Translations under genes and position numbers: made by a program
The notes under the pieces: model-generated
Databases searched by the model: none
What the model saw: the letters and a program-made list of their open reading frames with translations, nothing else
Told to the model about the DNA's origin: nothing
Source of the DNA: Rebecca billardiae RCC1528
Lineage: Eukaryota; Protista; Haptophyta
DNA: 64,000 bases
Reading direction: 5' to 3'
Assembly (NCBI GenBank): GCA_965240325.2
Contig: OZ251222.1
Span: 4,650,001 to 4,714,000, forward strand
In this document: positions 1-13,240 of the stretch, in pieces
Layout: each line of letters opens with the position of its first letter
Numbering within the stretch: position 1 is the stretch's first letter

Positions 1-3000
1 GCTCGCCTCCGCCGCCACCGCCGTCGCCGCCGCCAAGCCCGCCTCCGTCTCCGCCACCGCCGAGCCCGCCGCCGCCACCCCCGCCATCGCCACCGCCGAG
101 TCCGCCACCACCGAGCCCTCCTCCGCCGCCTCCGCCGTCGCCGCCGCCGAGCCCTCCACCAAGCCCGCCGCCGCCGAGCCCACCGCCTCCCCCGCCGCCA
201 TCGCCACCTCCGTCGCCCCCGCCGCCCAGCTCGCCACCGCCGCCACCGCCGTCGCCGCCACCGAGCCCGCCTCCGTCTCCGCCGCCGCCGAGCCCGCCGC
301 CGCCACCGCCGCCGTCGCCACCGCCGTCGCCGCCACCGCCCAGCTCGCCACCGCCGCCACCGCCGTCGCCGCCACCCAGCCCGCCTCCCAGTCCGCCACC
401 GCCGAGCCCACCGCCGCCTCCGCCGCCATCGCCACCACCGTCGCCACCGCCGCCCAGCTCGCCACCGCCGCCACCGCCGTCGCCGCCGCCGAGCCCTCCA
501 CCAAGCCCACCACCGCCGAGCCCGCCGCCGCCACCGCCGCCATCGCCACCGCCGTCGCCCCCACCGCCCAGCTCGCCACCGCCGCCACCGCCGTCGCCGC
601 CACCCAGCCCGCCTCCCAGTCCGCCACCGCCGAGCCCACCGCCGCCTCCGCCGCCATCGCCACCACCGTCGCCACCGCCGCCCAGCTCGCCACCGCCGCC
701 ACCGCCGTCGCCGCCGCCGAGCCCTCCACCAAGCCCACCACCGCCGAGCCCGCCGCCGCCACCGCCGCCATCGCCACCGCCGTCGCCCCCACCGCCCAGC
801 TCGCCACCGCCGCCTCCGCCGTCGCCGCCACCCAGCCCGCCTCCCAGTCCGCCACCGCCGAGCCCACCGCCGCCTCCGCCGCCATCGCCACCACCGTCGC
901 CACCGCCGCCCAGCTCGCCACCGCCGCCACCGCCGTCGCCGCCGCCGAGCCCTCCACCAAGCCCACCACCGCCGAGCCCGCCGCCGCCACCGCCGCCATC
1001 GCCACCGCCGTCGCCCCCACCGCCCAGCTCGCCACCGCCGCCTCCGCCGTCGCCGCCACCCAGCCCGCCTCCCAGTCCGCCACCGCCGAGCCCACCGCCG
1101 CCTCCGCCGCCATCGCCACCACCGTCGCCACCGCCGCCCAGCTCGCCACCGCCGCCACCGCCATCGCCGCCGCCGAGCCCTCCACCAAGCCCACCACCGC
1201 CGAGCCCGCCGCCGCCACCGCCGCCATCGCCACCGCCGTCGCCCCCACCGCCCAGCTCGCCACCGCCGCCACCGCCGTCGCCGCCGCCGAGCCCGCCTCC
1301 GTCTCCGCCACCGCCGAGCCCGCCGCCGCCACCGCCGCCGTCGCCACCGCCGTCGCCCCCACCGCCCAGCTCGCCTCCGCCGCCACCGCCGTCGCCGCCG
1401 CCGAGCCCGCCTCCGTCTCCGCCACCGCCGAGCCCGCCGCCGCCACCGCCGCCGTCGCCACCGCCATCTCCACCGCCGAGTCCGCCACCACCGAGCCCTC
1501 CTCCGCCGCCTCCGCCGTCGCCGCCGCCGAGCCCTCCACCAAGCCCGCCGCCGCCGAGCCCACCGCCTCCCCCGCCGCCATCGCCACCACCGTCGCCACC
1601 GCCGCCCAGCTCGCCACCGCCGCCACCGCCGTCGCCGCCGCCGAGCCCACCACCGAGCCCGCCACCCCCGGGCCCGCCGCCGCCTCCGCCGCCATCTCCG
1701 CCGCCGTCGCCACCACCGCCCAGCTCGCCGCCGCCGCCACCGCCGTCGCCGCCGCCGAGCCCGCCACCCAGCCCGCCACCGCCGAGCCCGCCGCCGCCTC
1801 CGCCGCCATCGCCGCCGCCGTCGCCACCACCACCCAGCTCGCCTCCGCCGCCACCGCCGTCGCCGCCGCCGAGCCCGCCTCCGTCTCCGCCACCGCCGAG
1901 CCCGCCGCCGCCACCGCCGCCGTCGCCACCGCCGTCGCCCCCACCGCCCAGCTCGCCTCCGCCGCCACCGCCGTCGCCGCCGCCGAGCCCGCCTCCGTCT
2001 CCGCCACCGCCGAGCCCGCCGCCGCCACCGCCGCCGTCGCCACCGCCATCTCCACCGCCGAGTCCGCCACCACCGAGCCCTCCTCCACCGCCTCCGCCGT
2101 CACCGCCGCCGAGCCCTCCACCAAGCCCACCGCCGCCGAGCCCACCGCCTCCCCCGCCGCCATCGCCACCACCGTCGCCACCGCCGCCCAGCTCGCCGCC
2201 GCCGCCACCGCCATCGCCGCCGCCGAGCCCGCCGCCGTCTCCGCCGCCGCCGAGCCCGCCGCCGCCACCGCCGCCGTCGCCACCGCCGTCGCCGCCACCG
2301 CCCAGCTCGCCACCGCCGCCACCGCCGTCGCCGCCGCCGAGCCCTCCACCAAGCCCACCACCGCCGAGCCCGCCGCCGCCACCGCCGCCATCGCCACCGC
2401 CGTCGCCCCCACCGCCCAGCTCGCCACCGCCGCCTCCGCCGTCGCCGCCACCCAGCCCGCCTCCCAGTCCGCCACCGCCGAGCCCACCGCCGCCTCCGCC
2501 GCCATCGCCACCACCGTCGCCACCGCCGCCCAGCTCGCCACCGCCGCCACCGCCGTCGCCGCCGCCGAGCCCTCCACCAAGCCCACCACCGCCGAGCCCG
2601 CCGCCGCCACCGCCGCCATCGCCACCGCCGTCGCCCCCACCGCCCAGCTCGCCACCGCCGCCTCCGCCGTCGCCGCCACCCAGCCCGCCTCCCAGTCCGC
2701 CACCGCCGAGCCCACCGCCGCCTCCGCCGCCATCGCCACCACCGTCGCCACCGCCGCCCAGCTCGCCACCGCCGCCACCGCCGTCGCCGCCACCGAGCCC
2801 GCCTCCGTCTCCGCCGCCGCCGAGCCCGCCGCCGCCACCGCCGCCGTCGCCACCGCCGTCGCCGCCACCGCCCAGCTCGCCACCGCCGCCACCGCCGTCG
2901 CCGCCACCCAGCCCGCCTCCCAGTCCGCCACCGCCGAGCCCACCGCCGCCTCCGCCGCCATCGCCACCACCGTCGCCACCGCCGCCCAGCTCGCCACCGC

Positions 3001-6000
3001 CGCCACCGCCGTCGCCGCCGCCGAGCCCTCCACCAAGCCCACCACCGCCGAGCCCGCCGCCGCCACCGCCGCCATCGCCACCGCCGTCGCCCCCACCGCC
3101 CAGCTCGCCACCGCCGCCACCGCCGTCGCCGCCACCCAGCCCGCCTCCCAGTCCGCCACCGCCGAGCCCACCGCCGCCTCCGCCGCCATCGCCACCACCG
3201 TCGCCACCGCCGCCCAGCTCGCCACCGCCGCCACCGCCGTCGCCGCCGCCGAGCCCTCCACCAAGCCCACCACCGCCGAGCCCGCCGCCGCCACCGCCGC
3301 CATCGCCACCGCCGTCGCCCCCACCGCCCAGCTCGCCACCGCCGCCTCCGCCGTCGCCGCCACCCAGCCCGCCTCCCAGTCCGCCACCGCCGAGCCCACC
3401 GCCGCCTCCGCCGCCATCGCCACCACCGTCGCCACCGCCGCCCAGCTCGCCACCGCCGCCACCGCCGTCGCCGCCGCCGAGCCCTCCACCAAGCCCACCA
3501 CCGCCGAGCCCGCCGCCGCCACCGCCGCCATCGCCACCGCCGTCGCCCCCACCGCCCAGCTCGCCACCGCCGCCTCCGCCGTCGCCGCCACCCAGCCCGC
3601 CTCCCAGTCCGCCACCGCCGAGCCCACCGCCGCCTCCGCCGCCATCGCCACCACCGTCGCCACCGCCGCCCAGCTCGCCACCGCCGCCACCGCCATCGCC
3701 GCCGCCGAGCCCTCCACCAAGCCCACCACCGCCGAGCCCGCCGCCGCCACCGCCGCCATCGCCACCACCGTCGCCCCCACCGCCCAGCTCGCCACCGCCG
3801 CCACCGCCGTCGCCGCCGCCGAGCCCGCCTCCGTCTCCGCCACCGCCGAGCCCGCCGCCGCCACCGCCGCCGTCGCCACCGCCGTCGCCCCCACCGCCCA
3901 GCTCGCCTCCGCCGCCACCGCCGTCGCCGCCGCCGAGCCCGCCTCCGTCTCCGCCACCGCCGAGCCCGCCGCCGCCACCGCCGCCGTCGCCACCGCCATC
4001 TCCACCGCCGAGTCCGCCACCACCGAGCCCTCCTCCGCCGCCTCCGCCGTCGCCGCCGCCGAGCCCTCCACCAAGCCCGCCGCCGCCGAGCCCACCGCCT
4101 CCCCCGCCGCCATCGCCACCACCGTCGCCACCGCCGCCCAGCTCGCCACCGCCGCCACCGCCGTCGCCGCCGCCGAGCCCACCACCGAGCCCGCCACCCC
4201 CGGGCCCGCCGCCGCCTCCGCCGCCATCTCCGCCGCCGTCGCCACCACCGCCCAGCTCGCCGCCGCCGCCACCGCCGTCGCCGCCGCCGAGCCCGCCACC
4301 CAGCCCGCCACCGCCGAGCCCGCCGCCGCCTCCGCCGCCATCGCCGCCGCCGTCGCCACCACCACCCAGCTCGCCACCGCCGCCACCGCCGTCGCCGCCG
4401 CCGAGCCCGCCTCCGTCTCCGCCACCGCCGAGCCCGCCGCCGCCACCGCCGCCGTCGCCACCGCCGTCGCCCCCACCGCCCAGCTCGCCTCCGCCGCCAC
4501 CGCCGTCGCCGCCGCCGAGCCCGCCTCCGTCTCCGCCACCGCCGAGCCCGCCGCCGCCACCGCCGCCGTCGCCACCGCCATCTCCACCGCCGAGTCCGCC
4601 ACCACCGAGCCCTCCTCCACCGCCTCCGCCGTCACCGCCGCCGAGCCCTCCACCAAGCCCACCGCCGCCGAGCCCACCGCCTCCCCCGCCGCCATCGCCA
4701 CCACCGTCGCCACCGCCGCCCAGCTCGCCGCCGCCGCCACCGCCATCGCCGCCGCCGAGCCCGCCGCCGTCTCCGCCGCCGCCGAGCCCGCCGCCGCCAC
4801 CGCCGCCGTCGCCACCGCCGTCGCCGCCACCGCCCAGCTCGCCACCGCCGCCACCGCCGTCGCCGCCGCCGAGCCCTCCACCAAGCCCACCACCGCCGAG
4901 CCCGCCGCCGCCACCGCCGCCATCGCCACCGCCGTCGCCCCCACCGCCCAGCTCGCCACCGCCGCCTCCGCCGTCGCCGCCACCCAGCCCGCCTCCCAGT
5001 CCGCCACCGCCGAGCCCACCGCCGCCTCCGCCGCCATCGCCACCACCGTCGCCACCGCCGCCCAGCTCGCCACCGCCGCCACCGCCGTCGCCGCCGCCGA
5101 GCCCTCCACCAAGCCCACCACCGCCGAGCCCGCCGCCGCCACCGCCGCCATCGCCACCGCCGTCGCCCCCACCGCCCAGCTCGCCACCGCCGCCTCCGCC
5201 GTCGCCGCCACCCAGCCCGCCTCCCAGTCCGCCACCGCCGAGCCCACCGCCGCCTCCGCCGCCATCGCCACCACCGTCGCCACCGCCGCCCAGCTCGCCA
5301 CCGCCGCCACCGCCGTCGCCGCCGCCGAGCCCTCCACCAAGCCCACCACCGCCGAGCCCGCCGCCGCCACCGCCGCCGTCGCCACCGCCGTCGCCGCCAC
5401 CGCCCAGCTCGCCACCGCCGCCACCGCCGTCGCCGCCGCCGAGCCCGCCTCCGTCTCCGCCGCCGCCGAGCCCACCGCCGCCTCCGCCGCCATCGCCACC
5501 ACCGTCGCCACCGCCGCCCAGCTCGCCACCGCCGCCACCGCCGTCGCCGCCGCCGAGCCCTCCACCAAGCCCACCACCGCCGAGCCCGCCGCCGCCACCG
5601 CCGCCATCGCCACCGCCGTCGCCCCCACCGCCCAGCTCGCCACCGCCGCCACCGCCGTCGCCGCCACCCAGCCCGCCTCCCAGTCCGCCACCGCCGAGCC
5701 CACCGCCGCCTCCGCCGCCATCGCCACCACCGTCGCCACCGCCGCCCAGCTCGCCACCGCCGCCACCGCCGTCGCCGCCGCCGAGCCCTCCACCAAGCCC
5801 ACCACCGCCGAGCCCGCCGCCGCCACCGCCGCCGTCGCCACCGCCATCTCCACCGCCGAGTCCGCCACCACCGAGCCCTCCTCCACCGCCACCGCCGTCA
5901 CCGCCGCCGAGCCCTCCACCAAGCCCACCGCCGCCGAGCCCACCGCCGCCCCCGCCGCCATCGCCACCACCGTCGCCACCGCCGCCCAGCTCGCCGCCGC

Positions 6001-9000
6001 CGCCACCGCCGTCGCCGCCGCCGAGCCCGCCTCCGTCTCCGCCACCGCCGAGCCCGCCGCCGCCACCGCCGCCGTCGCCGCCGCCGTCGCCACCACCGCC
6101 CAGCTCGCCACCGCCGCCACCGCCATCGCCGCCGCCGAGCCCGCCACCCAGCCCGCCGCCGCCGAGCCCGCCGCCGCCACCGCCGCCATCGCCACCACCG
6201 TCGCCCCCACCGCCCAGCTCGCCTCCGCCGCCACCGCCGTCGCCGCCGCCGAGCCCGCCTCCGTCTCCGCCGCCGCCGAGCCCGCCGCCGCCACCGCCGC
6301 CATCCCCACCGCCATCGCCACCGCCGCCCAGCTCGCCACCGCCACCACCGCCGTCGCCGCCGCCGAGCCCGCCACCGAGCCCGCCACCGCCGAGCCCGCC
6401 GCCGCCTCCGCCGCCATCGCCACCGCCATCTCCACCGCCGCCCAGCTCGCCACCGCCGCCACCGCCGTCGCCGCCGCCGAGCCCGCCACCGAGCCCGCCA
6501 CCGCCGAGCCCGCCGCCGCCGCCGCCGCCATCGCCACCGCCGTCGCCCCCACCGCCCAGCTCGCCACCGCCGCCACCGCCGTCGCCGCCGCCGAGCCCGC
6601 CTCCGTCTCCGCCACCGCCGAGCCCGCCGCCGCCACCGCCGCCGTCGCCACCGCCATCTCCACCGCCGAGTCCGCCACCACCGAGCCCTCCTCCACCGCC
6701 ACCGCCGTCACCGCCGCCGAGCCCTCCACCAAGCCCACCGCCGCCGAGCCCACCGCCGCCCCCGCCGCCATCGCCACCACCGTCGCCACCGCCGCCCAGC
6801 TCGCCGCCGCCGCCACCGCCGTCGCCGCCGCCGAGCCCGCCACCGAGCCCGCCACCGCCGGGCCCGCCGCCGCCACCGCCGCCGTCGCCGCCGCCGTCGC
6901 CACCACCGCCCAGCTCGCCACCGCCGCCACCGCCATCGCCGCCGCCGAGCCCGCCACCCAGCCCGCCGCCGCCGAGCCCGCCGCCGCCACCGCCGCCATC
7001 GCCACCACCGTCGCCCCCACCGCCCAGCTCGCCTCCGCCGCCACCGCCGTCGCCGCCGCCGAGCCCGCCTCCGTCTCCGCCGCCGCCGAGCCCGCCGCCG
7101 CCACCGCCGCCATCCCCACCGCCATCGCCACCGCCGCCCAGCTCGCCACCGCCACCACCGCCGTCGCCGCCGCCGAGCCCGCCACCGAGCCCGCCACCGC
7201 CGAGCCCGCCGCCGCCTCCGCCGCCATCCCCACCGCCATCTCCACCGCCGCCCAGCTCGCCACCGCCGCCACCGCCGTCGCCGCCGCCGAGCCCGCCACC
7301 GAGCCCGCCACCGCCGAGCCCGCCGCCGCCGCCGCCGCCATCGCCACCGCCGTCGCCCCCACCGCCCAGCTCGCCACCGCCGCCACCGCCGTCGCCGCCG
7401 CCGAGCCCGCCTCCGTCTCCGCCACCGCCGAGCCCGCCGCCGCCACCGCCGCCGTCGCCACCGCCATCTCCACCGCCGAGTCCGCCACCACCGAGCCCTC
7501 CTCCACCGCCACCGCCGTCACCGCCGCCGAGCCCTCCACCAAGCCCACCGCCGCCGAGCCCACCGCCGCCCCCGCCGCCATCGCCACCACCGTCGCCACC
7601 GCCGCCCAGCTCGCCGCCGCCGCCACCGCCGTCGCCGCCGCCGAGCCCGCCACCGAGCCCGCCACCGCCGGGCCCGCCGCCGCCACCGCCGCCGTCGCCG
7701 CCGCCGTCGCCACCACCGCCCAGCTCGCCACCGCCGCCACCGCCATCGCCGCCGCCGAGCCCGCCACCCAGCCCGCCGCCGCCGAGCCCGCCGCCGCCAC
7801 CGCCGCCATCGCCACCACCGTCGCCCCCACCGCCCAGCTCGCCTCCGCCGCCACCGCCGTCGCCGCCGCCGAGCCCGCCTCCGTCTCCGCCGCCGCCGAG
7901 CCCGCCGCCGCCACCGCCGCCATCCCCACCGCCATCGCCACCGCCGCCCAGCTCGCCACCGCCACCACCGCCGTCGCCGCCGCCGAGCCCGCCACCGAGC
8001 CCGCCACCGCCGAGCCCGCCGCCGCCTCCGCCGCCATCCCCACCGCCATCTCCACCGCCGCCCAGCTCGCCACCGCCGCCACCGCCGTCGCCGCCGCCGA
8101 GCCCGCCACCGAGCCCGCCACCGCCGAGCCCGCCGCCGCCGCCGCCGCCATCGCCACCGCCGTCGCCCCCACCGCCCAGCTCGCCACCGCCGCCACCGCC
8201 GTCGCCGCCGCCGAGCCCGCCTCCGTCTCCGCCACCGCCGAGCCCGCCGCCGCCACCGCCGCCGTCGCCACCGCCATCTCCACCGCCGAGTCCGCCACCA
8301 CCGAGCCCTCCTCCACCGCCACCGCCGTCACCGCCGCCGAGCCCTCCACCAAGCCCACCGCCGCCGAGCCCACCGCCGCCCCCGCCGCCATCGCCACCAC
8401 CGTCGCCACCGCCGCCCAGCTCGCCGCCGCCGCCACCGCCGTCGCCGCCGCCGAGCCCGCCACCGAGCCCGCCACCGCCGGGCCCGCCGCCGCCACCGCC
8501 GCCGTCGCCGCCGCCGTCGCCACCACCGCCCAGCTCGCCACCGCCGCCACCGCCATCGCCGCCGCCGAGCCCGCCACCCAGCCCGCCGCCGCCGAGCCCG
8601 CCGCCGCCACCGCCGCCATCGCCACCACCGTCGCCCCCACCGCCCAGCTCGCCTCCGCCGCCACCGCCGTCGCCGCCGCCGAGCCCGCCTCCGTCTCCGC
8701 CGCCGCCGAGCCCGCCGCCGCCACCGCCGCCATCCCCACCGCCATCGCCACCGCCGCCCAGCTCGCCACCGCCGCCACCGCCGTCGCCGCCGCCGAGTCC
8801 TCCACCAAGCCCACCACCGCCGAGCCCGCCGCCGCCTCCGCCGCCATCGCCACCGCCGTCGCCCCCACCGCCCAGCTCGCCACCGCCGCCACCGCCGTCG
8901 CCGCCGCCAAGCCCGCCTCCGTCTCCGCCACCGCCGAGCCCGCCGCCGCCTCCGCCACCGTCGCCACCGCCGTCGCCCCCACCGCCCAGCTCGCCACCGC

Positions 9001-12000
9001 CGCCACCGCCGTCGCCGCGGCCGAGCCCGCCTCCGTCTCCGCCACCGCCGAGCCCGCCGCCGCCACCGCCGCCGTCGCCACCGCCATCTCCACCGCCGCC
9101 CAGCTCGCCACCGCCGCCACCGCCGTCGCCGCCGCCGAGCCCGCCACCCAGTCCGCCACCGCCGAGCCCGCCGCCGCCACCGCCGCCGTCGCCACCGCCA
9201 TCTCCACCGCCGAGTCCGCCACCACCGAGCCCTCCTCCGCCGCCTCCGCCGTCGCCGCCGCCGAGCCCTCCACCAAGCCCGCCGCCGCCGAGCCCACCGC
9301 CTCCCCCGCCGCCATCGCCCCCACCGTCGCCCCCACCGCCCAGCTCGCCTCCGCCGCCACCGCCGTCGCCGCCGCCGAGCCCACCACCGAGCCCGCCACC
9401 CCCGGGCCCGCCGCCGCCTCCGCCGCCATCTCCGCCGCCGTCGCCACCACCGCCCAGCTCGCCACCGCCGCCACCGCCGTCGCCGCCACCGAGCCCTCCA
9501 CCAAGCCCACCACCGCCGAGCCCGCCGCCGCCTCCGCCGCCATCGCCGCCGCCGTCGCCACCACCACCCAGCTCGCCACCGCCGCCACCGCCGTCGCCGC
9601 CACCCAGCCCGCCACCCAGTCCGCCACCGCCGAGCCCGCCGCCGCCTCCGCCGCCATCGCCACCACCGTCGCCACCGCCGCCCAGCTCGCCACCGCCGCC
9701 ACCGCCGTCGCCGCCACCCAGCCCGCCACCCAGTCCGCCACCACCGAGCCCGCCGCCGCCGCCGCCGCCATCGCCACCACCGTCGCCCCCACCGCCCAGC
9801 TCGCCACCGCCGCCACCGCCGTCACCGCCGCCGAGCCCGCCTCCGTCTCCGCCACCGCCGAGCCCGCCGCCGCCACCGCCGCCGTCGCCACCACCGTCGC
9901 CCCCACCGCCCAGCTCGCCTCCGCCGCCACCGCCGTCGCCGCCGCCGAGCCCGCCTCCGTCTCCGCCACCGCCGAGCCCGCCGCCGCCACCGCCGCCGTC
10001 GCCACCACCGTCGCCCCCACCGCCCAGCTCGCCTCCGCCGCCACCGCCGTCGCCGCCGCCGAGCCCGCCTCCGTCTCCGCCACCGCCGAGCCCGCCGCCG
10101 CCACCGCCGCCGTCGCCACCACCGTCGCCCCCACCGCCCAGCTCGCCACCGCCGCCACCGCCGTCGCCGCCGCCAAGTCCGCCTCCGTCTCCGCCACCGC
10201 CGAGCCCGCCGCCGCCACCGCCGCCATCGCCACCGCCATCTCCACCGCCGAGTCCGCCACCACCGAGCCCTCCTCCGCCGCCTCCGCCGTCGCCGCCGCC
10301 GAGCCCTCCACCAAGCCCGCCGCCGCCGAGCCCACCGCCTCCCCCGCCGCCATCGCCACCACCGTCGCCCCCACCGCCCAGCTCGCCTCCGCCGCCACCG
10401 CCGTCACCGCCGCCGAGCCCGCCTCCGTCTCCGCCACCGCCGAGCCCGCCGCCGCCACCGCCGCCGTCGCCACCACCGTCGCCCCCACCGCCCAGCTCGC
10501 CTCCGCCGCCACCGCCGTCGCCGCCGCCGAGCCCGCCTCCGTCTCCGCCACCGCCGAGCCCGCCGCCGCCACCGCCGCCGTCGCCACCACCGTCGCCCCC
10601 ACCGCCCAGCTCGCCTCCGCCGCCACCGCCGTCGCCGCCGCCGAGCCCGCCTCCGTCTCCGCCACCGCCGAGCCCGCCGCCGCCACCGCCGCCGTCGCCA
10701 CCACCGTCGCCCCCACCGCCCAGCTCGCCACCGCCGCCACCGCCGTCGCCGCCGCCAAGTCCGCCTCCGTCTCCGCCACCGCCGAGCCCGCCGCCGCCAC
10801 CGCCGCCATCGCCACCGCCATCTCCACCGCCGAGTCCGCCACCACCGAGCCCTCCTCCGCCGCCTCCGCCGTCGCCGCCGCCGAGCCCTCCACCAAGCCC
10901 GCCGCCGCCGAGCCCACCGCCTCCCCCGCCGCCATCGCCCCCACCGTCGCCCCCACCGCCCAGCTCGCCACCGCCGCCACCGCCGTCACCGCCGCCGAGC
11001 CCGCCTCCGTCTCCGCCACCGCCGAGCCCGCCGCCGCCACCGCCGCCGTCGCCACCACCGTCGCCCCCACCGCCCAGCTCGCCACCGCCGCCACCGCCGT
11101 CGCCGCCGCCAAGTCCGCCTCCGTCTCCGCCACCGCCGAGCCCGCCGCCGCCACCGCCGCCGTCGCCACCACCGTCGCCCCCACCGCCCAGCTCGCCTCC
11201 GCCGCCACCGCCGTCGCCGCCGCCGAGCCCGCCTCCGTCTCCGCCACCGCCGAGCCCGCCGCCGCCACCGCCGCCGTCGCCACCACCGTCGCCCCCACCG
11301 CCCAGCTCGCCACCGCCGCCACCGCCGTCGCCGCCGCCAAGTCCGCCTCCGTCTCCGCCACCGCCGAGCCCTCCGCCGCCACCGCCGCCATCGCCACCGC
11401 CATCTCCACCGCCGAGTCCGCCACCACCGAGCCCTCCTCCGCCGCCACCGCCGTCGCCGCCGCCGAGCCCTCCACCAAGCCCGCCGCCGCCGAGCCCACC
11501 GCCTCCCCCGCCGCCATCGCCACCACCGTCGCCCCCACCGCCCAGCTCGCCTCCGCCGCCACCGCCGTCGCCGCCGCCGAGCCCACCACCGAGCCCGCCA
11601 CCCCCGGGCCCGCCGCCGCCTCCGCCGCCATCGCCGCCGCCGTCGCCACCACCGCCCAGCTCGCCACCGCCGCCACCGCCGTCGCCGCCGCCGAGCCCAC
11701 CACCGAGCCCGCCACCCCCGGGCCCGCCGCCGCCTCCGCCGCCATCTCCGCCGCCGTCGCCACCACCGCCCAGCTCGCCACCGCCGCCACCGCCGTCGCC
11801 GCCACCGAGCCCTCCACCAAGCCCACCACCGCCGAGCCCGCCGCCGCCTCCGCCGCCATCGCCGCCGCCGTCGCCACCACCACCCAGCTCGCCACCGCCG
11901 CCACCGCCGTCGCCGCCACCCAGCCCGCCTCCCAGTCCGCCACCGCCGAGCCCGCCGCCGCCTCCGCCGCCATCGCCACCACCGTCGCCACCGCCGCCCA

Positions 12001-13209
12001 GCTCGCCACCGCCGCCACCGCCGTCGCCGCCACCCAGCCCGCCACCCAGTCCGCCACCACCGAGCCCGCCGCCGCCGCCGCCGCCATCGCCACCACCGTC
12101 GCCCCCACCGCCCAGCTCGCCACCGCCGCCACCGCCGTCACCGCCGCCGAGCCCGCCTCCGTCTCCGCCACCGCCGAGCCCGCCGCCGCCACCGCCGCCG
12201 TCGCCACCACCGTCGCCCCCACCGCCCAGCTCGCCTCCGCCGCCACCGCCGTCGCCGCCGCCGAGCCCGCCTCCGTCTCCGCCACCGCCGAGCCCGCCGC
12301 CGCCACCGCCGCCGTCGCCACCACCGTCGCCCCCACCGCCCAGCTCGCCTCCGCCGCCACCGCCGTCGCCGCCGCCGAGCCCGCCTCCGTCTCCGCCACC
12401 GCCGAGCCCGCCGCCGCCACCGCCGCCGTCGCCCCCACCGTCGCCCCCACCGCCCAGCTCGCCTCCGCCGCCACCGCCGTCGCCGCCGCCAAGTCCGCCT
12501 CCGTCTCCGCCACCGCCGAGCCCGCCGCCGCCACCGCCGCCATCGCCACCGCCATCTCCACCGCCGAGTCCGCCACCACCGAGCCCTCCTCCGCCGCCTC
12601 CGCCGTCGCCGCCGCCGAGCCCTCCACCAAGCCCGCCGCCGCCGAGCCCACCGCCTCCCCCGCCGCCATCGCCACCACCGTCGCCCCCACCGCCCAGCTC
12701 GCCTCCGCCGCCACCGCCGTCACCGCCGCCGAGCCCGCCTCCGTCTCCGCCACCGCCGAGCCCGCCGCCGCCACCGCCGCCGTCGCCACCACCGTCGCCC
12801 CCACCGCCCAGCTCGCCTCCGCCGCCACCGCCGTCGCCGCCGCCGAGCCCGCCTCCGTCTCCGCCACCGCCGAGCCCGCCGCCGCCACCGCCGCCGTCGC
12901 CACCACCGTCGCCCCCACCGCCCAGCTCGCCTCCGCCGCCACCGCCGTCGCCGCCGCCGAGCCCGCCTCCGTCTCCGCCACCGCCGAGCCCGCCGCCGCC
13001 ACCGCCGCCGTCGCCACCACCGTCGCCCCCACCGCCCAGCTCGCCACCGCCACCACCGCCGTCGCCGCCGCCAAGTCCGCCTCCGTCTCCGCCACCGCCG
13101 AGCCCGCCGCCGCCACCGCCGCCATCGCCACCGCCATCTCCACCGCCGAGTCCGCCACCACCGAGCCCTCCTCCGCCGCCTCCGCCGTCGCCGCCGCCGA
13201 GCCCTCCAC

Positions 13210-13240
<31 letters not shown>
